Assembly (NCBI GenBank): GCA_043800555.1
Contig: JAZDMX010000017.1
Location: 4,068-68,067 of the forward strand
Length of the DNA stretch: 64,000 nucleotides
From: Candidatus Omnitrophota bacterium
Lineage (GTDB): Bacteria; Omnitrophota; Gorgyraeia; Gygaellales; Profunditerraquicolaceae
Direction: 5' to 3'
Shown: one piece after another, positions 57,042 through 64,000 of the stretch
Numbering within the stretch: the first letter of the stretch is position 1
Layout of the letters: each line of letters begins with the position of its first letter
Notes under the pieces: generated by a model
The model's input: only the letters and a program-made list of their open reading frames with translations
Database searches by the model: none
Told to the model about the DNA's origin: nothing
Translations under genes and position numbers: made by a program

Positions 57042-57655
57042 TTTATCTGAAGAAGGCTCTTAGCAATTTTCTTAATATGGTAATAGACCGCGGCCGTAAA
57101 ATCCAGCATATTCAAAAACATGTTGCATCCCAAAGGGGTGCATTCGCCGGCAAACATCCTTTGATTGTGATTATGGCGGTACTGATCAACGAGGCTATCG
57201 ATATGTTCTTCTTTCCTTAATACTTCTTTAATCAAAGACGGATTATCTTTCTCCAGAACAAAAACCACCTCTTCCAGCGCCCCTTTTGTTTTATTATAAA
57301 GGTCCTTATATTCCTCCACCGCCTCTTCGCTAAAAAGGAGCTTCTCTTCTATTTTTATCTGGATCCTTTCTAAGATATCCTTGCAGTAGTCCCCGATTAG
57401 TTCGAAATCCCCGGCGATATTGGCATAAACCATAACCTCGGATTTCTCCTTAGGAGTAAAATCAACGCCCGCCTTGCCGATGATTTCCTTATTAATCTCC
57501 TCCTCCAGGGCATTTAATTTGTTCTCCTCTTCAAGCGCCTTGGTGATCAGGTTCACGTCGTGCTCGATAAAAGCGCTGTAAGTAAGCTGCCACATAGTTG
57601 AAGCGCATATACTCATACGGTTGATTTTTTCCTTAATGCTATCCAGCTCTACCAT
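57038..57655 (-). CDS. PhoU-domain protein
   Basis: Two PhoU-like helical repeats (EENKLNALEEEI..DFELIGDY; EEHIDSL..HNQRM), resembling the cytoplasmic part of Na/Pi cotransporters. Confidence 0.78.
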   Translation of the reverse strand: MVELDSIKEKINRMSICASTMWQLTYSAFIEHDVNLITKALEEENKLNALEEEINKEIIGKAGVDFTPKEKSEVMVYANIAGDFELIGDYCKDILERIQIKIEEKLLFSEEAVEEYKDLYNKTKGALEEVVFVLEKDNPSLIKEVLRKEEHIDSLVDQYRHNHNQRMFAGECTPLGCNMFLNMLDFTAAVYYHIKKIAKSLLQIK

Positions 57656-57750
57656 AAGGGCCCTCCTATCAGATTAGACAAAGGCACAAATTAAAGAAAC
57701 GCTACCGGCTTTTCTTACTGCGCCTTTTGCTCCTGTCATCTAGCGGATAA

Positions 57751-58950
57751 TCAACCTCGCTTCTCTTGCCTTAACTTAAGGGTTTTTTCTTGTGAAAGCT
57801 TGATCAGGTCCCAGCCATTCATCACCTTACGGTTATCAATTTTATTGATGACTGCCACCCTCTCTGTGCAACAATAACAGGGGTCAACCGCCGCAAGCGT
57901 CAGCGTGGCGTCGGAAATCGTCCCTCCCACGGCAGAAACCTTATCAGAAGCAACATTCATAAAGCTAGGCGAGCGGATCTTATGCCTTAGGGGGCGGTTT
58001 GTCCCGTCGCTCTTTATATAGTGGAAACATTCCCCCCGGGGGGCTTCAACCCTGCCGATACCTTCTCCGGAAGGGATGTCCTTGACTTCGGCGTCAATGA
58101 ATGCGCTCTTGGGTATTTTGTTCAAAGACTGCCTGATAATACTGATGCTTTCATATAACTCCAGGATCCTAACCACTGTTTTACAAAAGATATCGCCGTC
58201 TTTCTCCAGGATAACGTTCCAATCCAGCCGGTCAATAGCCCCGTAAGGCTCATCCCTGCGGATATCAATGTTTACCCCTGAAGCGCGGGCAGTCGGGCCG
58301 ATGACACACCAGTCGATCACCTGTTGACGGCTTAATAGCCCAACGTCCTTTAGCCTTGATTTTATTACCGGGTCATCCATGATCGCGCCACGGAATAAAT
58401 CCACAGCCGGAATTAATTCATCCAGCATCTTTTTTAAAACGGGGATATCCTCATCTTTTATGTCCCGCCTTAGCCCGCCGATCTTAAACATAGCGTAGTT
58501 GTTACGGTTACCGGTAACCATTTCAAAACAATCCAAAACCGGCTCGCGGTATTTCCAAGCCCACATCCAAATAGTATTGTAACCGATAAAATGCCCAACC
58601 AGGCCCAGCCACAAAAGATGGCTATGGATCCTCTGTAGCTCATCAATTATCGTGCGGATATAAAGCGCCCTCTCCGGGACAACCGTTGCTTCTCCGCCTA
58701 AGATATTCTCCACCGCCAAGCAATAAGCGTAGGGATGGCTCGATGAACAGATCCCGCAAATACGCTCAACCAAATAAGGGATCTGGTCAAAATGCTTGGA
58801 TTCGGAAAGTTTTTCTATGCCGCGGTGGTTATAGCCGATAATAATATCTATATCCACCACTCGCTCGCCATCGACATAAAGCTGGAAATATTCCGGCTCT
58901 TCCTGTAACGGATGGTATGGCCCTATCGGGACGATGATTTTATGGCTCAT
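57751..58950 (-). CDS. Group 4 [NiFe]-hydrogenase large subunit
   Basis: GPYHP, HRGIEK, L1 ERICGICSSSH, EAPRGE, L2 DPCYCCTER plus a C-terminal extension. Confidence 0.93.
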   Translation of the reverse strand: MSHKIIVPIGPYHPLQEEPEYFQLYVDGERVVDIDIIIGYNHRGIEKLSESKHFDQIPYLVERICGICSSSHPYAYCLAVENILGGEATVVPERALYIRTIIDELQRIHSHLLWLGLVGHFIGYNTIWMWAWKYREPVLDCFEMVTGNRNNYAMFKIGGLRRDIKDEDIPVLKKMLDELIPAVDLFRGAIMDDPVIKSRLKDVGLLSRQQVIDWCVIGPTARASGVNIDIRRDEPYGAIDRLDWNVILEKDGDIFCKTVVRILELYESISIIRQSLNKIPKSAFIDAEVKDIPSGEGIGRVEAPRGECFHYIKSDGTNRPLRHKIRSPSFMNVASDKVSAVGGTISDATLTLAAVDPCYCCTERVAVINKIDNRKVMNGWDLIKLSQEKTLKLRQEKRG

Positions 58951-59375
58951 TTATTGTTCCTCAATGGGAATTCATTTTCCGGCCAGTCTTCGCTAAGCAA
59001 GAGCCTCTTCAAATTCGGATGCCCTTTAAAATTAATCCCCAGCATCTCCCAGATTTCCCGCTCCATCCACCCGGCCCCGGCAAACAACGGAGTTATCGAC
59101 TGGACTTCCGGATTAAGTTTATCTTCCAATAAAACGCGGACAGAAAATATTGTGCCTGCGGGATCATTGCTGAAATGATAAAGGACCTCAAAACAATCCG
59201 GCAAATCCGTGCCTGTTGCGGCAATAAACCTCAACTCCAGCTCTTTAAAACAAACCTGTGCCGCTTTGAAGATATCATCTTTATCTACCCTGAAATATAC
59301 CCTCTTGACGGACTTCTCCTGCCAATCCTTTATCTTATCCCGGAGCCTTTCTTTTATCCTATCGCGCATATCCAT
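58947..59375 (-). CDS. NuoC-like subunit
   Basis: EVLYHF, WMEREIWEMLGINFKGHPNLKRLLL..FPLR. Confidence 0.9.
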   Translation of the reverse strand: MDMRDRIKERLRDKIKDWQEKSVKRVYFRVDKDDIFKAAQVCFKELELRFIAATGTDLPDCFEVLYHFSNDPAGTIFSVRVLLEDKLNPEVQSITPLFAGAGWMEREIWEMLGINFKGHPNLKRLLLSEDWPENEFPLRNNK

Positions 59376-59378
59376 GGC

Positions 59379-59804
59379 TTATTTACCCTTCTTTACTTTA
59401 TTCACCAATTTCACGATGCCATCAATGATTGCCTCGGGTTTTGGCGGGCATCCCGGAATGTATAAATCCACCGGTAATATCTTATCCAAAGGCCCAACGA
59501 CATTATAGCTATCCCTGAACATATGCTGCGAAAGCGCGCAAGTCCCGCAGGCAATCACCACGCAAGGCTTAGGCGCCTGCTCGTAGACCTTTTTCATCCT
59601 CACAACTGCCTTTCTATTCATCGCTCCGGTGATTAAAAACGCGTCGGCATGCCGGGCTGAACCGATAAGCTGTATGCCAAAACGCTCAAGGTCATGGCGG
59701 GGAGTAAAACAATCCAAGATTTCGATATCACAGTTATTGCAGGAGCCTACGCTCATATGGAATACCCAGATTGATTTAGTAAAAGCTCTCTTGATTATGT
59801 TCAT
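59379..59804 (-). CDS. Hydrogenase small subunit (NuoB-like)
   Basis: GSCNNCDIE, ACGTCA, PVDLYIPGCPPKPE. Confidence 0.93.
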   Translation of the reverse strand: MNIIKRAFTKSIWVFHMSVGSCNNCDIEILDCFTPRHDLERFGIQLIGSARHADAFLITGAMNRKAVVRMKKVYEQAPKPCVVIACGTCALSQHMFRDSYNVVGPLDKILPVDLYIPGCPPKPEAIIDGIVKLVNKVKKGK

Positions 59805-59903
59805 ATTTAGAATTTATGAATTAATTTGGCCGCAAATTACCAGATAGAACCGCTATCCGGGAGCCTCTAAATTTACAGTTCTCTTTGATCCTGCTGTTTC
59901 TCC

Positions 59904-60815
59904 TTATTTCCCCAATAATGCTAATATAAGCGCTATTACCCCTATTATCGTCGGCACTCTCCAGAAAAACCTCAAAACCTGGTCGATGCGTAAACGCGGG
60001 TTGGTGTTCTTGATTAATATGATTATAATTAACAGCATTAAATATTTGGCAACCAAGAATACCGGGCTTAGGTCTTTGCCCAAAAACAAAATTATGACAA
60101 AAAGCAAAACAGCATAAAGCATCACCGCTTTAGTCAGCTTAAATACCGCTAGCGGCAGCCCGGAGTATTCGATTAAAGTCCCGCCCATAATCTCCTGATC
60201 GGCTTCGGCGACATCAAAAAGGCCCATTCCTAATTTAGCCTGCGCGCAGAAGACGGCAACGAGAAAAGCCAAAGCGCCTGAAAATGAAAATACATTTGAA
60301 CCGGAGATCGCTTGCTGTTGAATGATTTGGCCAATTTGCAACGCGCCCTTGCTTTTAATCACCACAGTAATTATGGATAAAATTAAAGGCAACTCATAGG
60401 CTAAAAGCAATTTAATCTCTCTGGATACTCCCACGGAAGCAAGGGGGTTTCTCGAAGAAGAACCGCCGATCATCAAAGCTATTGCCGGTATTGCTAAAAG
60501 GTAGAAGATCACGATTAAATCCCCGCAAAAGCTTTCTAATGGCAGGATTATATTCCTGCCTAAATTTGCGCTTACCAATACGGCGCTGATTAACCCCAGA
60601 TACGGAGAAAATAAAAACGTGAACCTGGCTCCTTCGGGGACAATTACCTCTTTGCCTAATAATTTTATGATATCGGTAAAATTCTGGTGCCAGGGAGGCC
60701 CGTGCCTCCATTGCAAGCGCGCAGTAAGCTTTCTTTCCACCCAACCGGATAAAAGACCGATTGAGGCGCTAAATAAAAAACCCGGGAATATTAAATAGTT
60801 AAATAGTACGCTCAT
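59904..60815 (-). CDS. NuoH/HycD-like membrane subunit
   Basis: ERKLTARLQWRHGPP, DIIKLLGKE, FDVAEADQEI..EYSG, PRLRIDQ. Confidence 0.92.
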   Translation of the reverse strand: MSVLFNYLIFPGFLFSASIGLLSGWVERKLTARLQWRHGPPWHQNFTDIIKLLGKEVIVPEGARFTFLFSPYLGLISAVLVSANLGRNIILPLESFCGDLIVIFYLLAIPAIALMIGGSSSRNPLASVGVSREIKLLLAYELPLILSIITVVIKSKGALQIGQIIQQQAISGSNVFSFSGALAFLVAVFCAQAKLGMGLFDVAEADQEIMGGTLIEYSGLPLAVFKLTKAVMLYAVLLFVIILFLGKDLSPVFLVAKYLMLLIIIILIKNTNPRLRIDQVLRFFWRVPTIIGVIALILALLGK

Positions 60816-60938
60816 TTAATTAAATTTTATCGGGTTCCGGACTCCAGATAAATCCCGCCATCCAATGTTTGAATAACCCGACGCCTTGTGGCCGGTAAAT
60901 TGATCGCCGGTTATGGAATTTGGTGCTTGGCTGTTCAT

Positions 60939-61433
60939 TTATTTCTTCCTTGGAGGCTGCACGTCTTCTCTGGACCATTTGCGCGAATGCACCGCCAAAT
61001 GCTCTCCTACAAAATAGATATCCTGTTCAAGGCTCTCTTGCGCATCCCTGATTTCTATGGCTTTCTCCGGGCAGCTAGATACGCATTTAGGGGGCCTTGC
61101 GCTTTTACCTACGCAATAATCGCACTTGGAATCCAGGTATGGTATAAAATCCTGGAAAATAATCCCGAAGGGGCAGGCCACAGAACAAGACTTACAACTT
61201 GTGCAACGCATCTTATAACGCTTGATATGCCCGTCGCTGGCCCGCTCCAGCGCATTATGGTAACAAGAATTTACGCAAGGCGCTTCTTCGCAATGCCGGC
61301 AGATAGTGGCAAAGGTGGCATATTCGCGCAAAGAGACAATCCCGTTATTCTGCGGGTGATAGAAATAACCGCAGGCGACCTTGCATTCTTTGCACTTATC
61401 GCAAATATCCAAATCTATAAATAATCTTTTCAT
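60939..61433 (-). CDS. 4Fe-4S ferredoxin-like subunit (HycB/HyfA-like)
   Basis: CRHCEEAPCVNSC, CTSCKSCSVACPFG, KCDYC, CVSSCP. Confidence 0.88.
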   Translation of the reverse strand: MKRLFIDLDICDKCKECKVACGYFYHPQNNGIVSLREYATFATICRHCEEAPCVNSCYHNALERASDGHIKRYKMRCTSCKSCSVACPFGIIFQDFIPYLDSKCDYCVGKSARPPKCVSSCPEKAIEIRDAQESLEQDIYFVGEHLAVHSRKWSREDVQPPRKK

Positions 61434-61482
61434 CTACGCCTTTGCCCGCAGGCCATAACAATAGAGCCCGGGGTGGGCTCTC

Positions 61483-62301
61483 TTAGTCCCATATATCGTG
61501 TATATCCTTTAACTGTCCGTAGGCAAAAACCGGGCCGTCTTTACAAGCGTAGTATTTGCCGATACGGCAATGCCCGCATTTACCCAAACCGCAGGACATG
61601 CTTTTCTCCATAGATAAATATATATCCTCCGGCTTAATCCCTAAATCCAGCAACTTTAATGTAACGAATTTCATCATAATCGGAGGGCCGCACACTATTC
61701 CCAAAGTATTCGCAAAATCTACGGGGGCGTTACCTAATATCGTAGTGACTAACCCCACGTTTCCCTGCCATTGAGGGTCTCCTACATCAACGCTGGCCAG
61801 AACATCCACTTTATCTTTTTTAGACCATTCGGGTATAAGGCTCTTATAAACAATGTCTTTTGACGAACGAGAACCGTAACGCAAAACTACTTTATTGTAT
61901 TTGTCGATTGTGGCAAAAAGGCTAAATAGGAGCGAACGTAAAGGCGCCAGCCCTACTCCTCCGCCTACAATTAGAATATCTTTTCCTTTAAATTTGTCCA
62001 AAGGGTAGCCCTTGCCGTAGGGGCCGCGGATACCCACCACATCTCCCTGGCGCATAGAATGTAATTTCGAGGTAACCTCGCCGGCATTCATAATAGTAAG
62101 CTCCAGTTCCCCGTTAATTCCGGGATCCGAGGAAGGGGTAAAAGGCGCTTCTCCTGCCCCGGGAACAGTTAATTCGATGAATTGGCCGGTTGAAAATGTA
62201 AAAACTCCTTCGGGCTTAAGCCTGAAGGTTTTTATCGTAGGCGTTTCCTCGATGACCTCTTCGATAACGGCCTTAAGCGGCTGGTATATGTTTTTCTTCA
62301 T
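61483..62301 (-). CDS. FAD/NAD(P)-binding 2Fe-2S protein (sulfhydrogenase gamma/AsrB-like)
   Basis: GEAPFT, RGPYGKG, GGGVGLAP, CGPPIMM, MSCGLGKCGHC, CKDGPVF. Confidence 0.9.
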   Translation of the reverse strand: MKKNIYQPLKAVIEEVIEETPTIKTFRLKPEGVFTFSTGQFIELTVPGAGEAPFTPSSDPGINGELELTIMNAGEVTSKLHSMRQGDVVGIRGPYGKGYPLDKFKGKDILIVGGGVGLAPLRSLLFSLFATIDKYNKVVLRYGSRSSKDIVYKSLIPEWSKKDKVDVLASVDVGDPQWQGNVGLVTTILGNAPVDFANTLGIVCGPPIMMKFVTLKLLDLGIKPEDIYLSMEKSMSCGLGKCGHCRIGKYYACKDGPVFAYGQLKDIHDIWD

Positions 62302-63373
62302 ATAATTTCCTTAGTATCCGGCGGATATCAATCTTGCCGGGGCAGACTTCAATGCATCTGCCGCATCCGCAACAAGCCTGATACCCCAGGTTAGAAACAA
62401 AAAAATCGAATTTCTTTAAATAACGGTTGCGCAGCCTCATATAGCGCATCTTTAACGCGTTGCCCCCTCCGGCGACCTTGGTGAAATTCTTCAAAAGGCA
62501 ACCGTCCCAAAGCCGAAGGCGCTTGGCTAGGCCCGAAGAAGGAGTATCCGAGAGCAAGAAACAATGGCAGGTATCGCACATAAATACGCAAGCGTTGCAT
62601 TCAACGCAAGTGCGCATTTCTTCCTGCCAGATCCCGGAATTATAACCCGATAAGACTATATCCTGCAAAGTTTCCTTCTTGGGGATCTTGTAGCGGGCAA
62701 GATGCTCATCCATCCGTATATTTACCGACTCTCTTTTTGCCCCCCTGCCTGAAAGCTGGCCCAAAGTAGCCGGAACCAATAGATTCTTGACGGAAACAGC
62801 TATTATTTTAGCTTTCTGCGTTGCAATATCAAGAAGATAGCCGTTATTAAGCGGAGAAAGATTAAAATCGAAGGCTTCTGTGGGGTAAGGATTGATGCCA
62901 AATGCCCGGCAGAAACAAGCTTCCTTGAAATGCGGGCAGTCGCTAGCGACGATCAAGGCGCTCTCTCTCCTTGATTTATAAAGAGGGTCGGCTTCATCGC
63001 CTCCTAAAAACACAAAATCCTGCACCTTTAATGAAAATAAATCGCAATTCTTTATCCCGCAAAGAGCAACCGGCCTCTCCCTTCTTTCTTTTGCCTTTGG
63101 TTCCTCAAAATATCCGCATGCCTCTTCTTTGTAATGGGTGAAAAATGCGCGGACAGGCTCAACTGCCCGGTAATCGCTGAAAACTATATCTTCTTTTTTA
63201 AGTTGAGAGAATTTTTTTAAGGAATAATCATCGGTAGGCAAGCCCTCCCGGCAGCTACACTCGTCTCTCTTGAGAGGAGACCTTTCAACCGTAGGGACAT
63301 ATAGCTCATACTCTTGAGCTAAACGCTCGTAGAATTTCAGCAAATCGTCGTTTTTTATAAAATACGTTTCCAT
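62273..63373 (-). CDS. 4Fe-4S protein (sulfhydrogenase beta/AsrA-like)
   Basis: GIKNCDL, CVECNACVFMCDTCHCF, RLWDGC, CCGCGRCIEVCPGKIDI. Confidence 0.88.
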   Translation of the reverse strand: METYFIKNDDLLKFYERLAQEYELYVPTVERSPLKRDECSCREGLPTDDYSLKKFSQLKKEDIVFSDYRAVEPVRAFFTHYKEEACGYFEEPKAKERRERPVALCGIKNCDLFSLKVQDFVFLGGDEADPLYKSRRESALIVASDCPHFKEACFCRAFGINPYPTEAFDFNLSPLNNGYLLDIATQKAKIIAVSVKNLLVPATLGQLSGRGAKRESVNIRMDEHLARYKIPKKETLQDIVLSGYNSGIWQEEMRTCVECNACVFMCDTCHCFLLSDTPSSGLAKRLRLWDGCLLKNFTKVAGGGNALKMRYMRLRNRYLKKFDFFVSNLGYQACCGCGRCIEVCPGKIDIRRILRKLYEEKHIPAA

Positions 63374-63380
63374 AGATTGG

Positions 63381-63830
63381 TTACCCGGACGAAAGCCTTG
63401 CCCTTACCAAATCGCTGACTAATTTACCGTCTGCCTGGCCAGCGATCCTGGCGTTTACCTCTTTCATAACCCTACCCATATCTTTCATGCCACAAGCTCC
63501 CAGGGCCCGGGCTACCTCTTCGACTATCTTCTCAATATCCTCAGCGGGAAGCTCGACAGGAAGATATGTTCTTAAGATTTCCAGCTCCTTCTTCTCCTTA
63601 TCGGCCATTTCCAGCCGCTCTCCCCTGGTAAACTGCTCGATAGAATCCTGATGCTGTTTTATCTGTTTCTTGATAACGGCAATTGCCTCAGCGTCATCAA
63701 GGCCGGTTTTCTTTTTGGCAACCGCAACATTCATCATATCAGCCCGTAAAAAACTTAAAACCGAACTCTTTAATTTATCCCCGGACTTCATTGCTTCTTT
63801 ATAATCATTAAGAATCTTCTCTTCCAGCAT
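63381..63830 (-). CDS. GatB/YqeY domain protein
   Basis: KEAMKSGD, KQHQDSIEQF, YLP, KDMGRVM, ADGKLVS. Confidence 0.92.
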   Translation of the reverse strand: MLEEKILNDYKEAMKSGDKLKSSVLSFLRADMMNVAVAKKKTGLDDAEAIAVIKKQIKQHQDSIEQFTRGERLEMADKEKKELEILRTYLPVELPAEDIEKIVEEVARALGACGMKDMGRVMKEVNARIAGQADGKLVSDLVRARLSSG

Positions 63831-63840
63831 AAACCCTCCT

Positions 63841-64000
63841 TTAAAACAACACGCATCTCTTGAATCCGGCTAGCCTTCTATTCAAATCTCCCATAGTAAG
63901 CTTAGAGGTCCTTTCCAAGCCAAAATCTTCGATATTAAATGACGCGGCTATAGTGCCAAACGCAAGCGCGTTTCTGATATTCCGCATATTTAACGCTTGG
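63841..64000 (-). CDS. C-terminal end of a probable PfkB-family sugar kinase (partial)
   Basis: Manual translation: ..IRNALAFGTIAASFNIEDFGLERTSKLTMGDLNRRLAGFKRCVLF*. Confidence 0.6.
   Translation of the reverse strand, partial: QALNMRNIRNALAFGTIAASFNIEDFGLERTSKLTMGDLNRRLAGFKRCVLF

Overview
A 64-kb bacterial chromosomal segment, mostly minus-strand genes. The gene set (VGIGT-repeat giant adhesin, TMTC-like glycosyltransferase, group 4 hydrogenase, LPS heptose epimerase, porin, secretin) fits an anaerobic diderm, plausibly Candidatus Omnitrophota (inference, not verified). Left to right: a type IV pilus/T2SS-like locus ending in a >974-aa adhesin (1-19 kb); c-di-GMP, glycosylation and housekeeping genes with tRNA-fMet and tRNA-Thr (19-33 kb); lipoate/glycine cleavage, nickel uptake, a c-di-GMP-I riboswitch and tRNA-Phe (33-48 kb); and a membrane-bound group 4 [NiFe]-hydrogenase cluster with a sulfhydrogenase-like flavin module (54-63 kb). 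The standout is a REP-associated tyrosine transposase (RAYT, 12614-13282) inside the pilus locus, flanked by a ~65-nt palindrome (A4-9 G4-5 ACGTTTCTACTTTT-N16-18-AAAAGTAGAAACGT C4-5 T4-9) present in 16 clear copies. Eight copies lie in-frame inside genes, all with a 17-nt spacer and all read as (K)G(D/EG)VSTF-x6-KVET(P)SP. They sit mostly in disposable segments: three prepilin leaders, three signal-peptide n-regions and two cytoplasmic loops. Copies also carry their own symmetric changes in both arms. Four single-base frameshifts (secretin, TPR, MFS, GH1) look like assembly errors.
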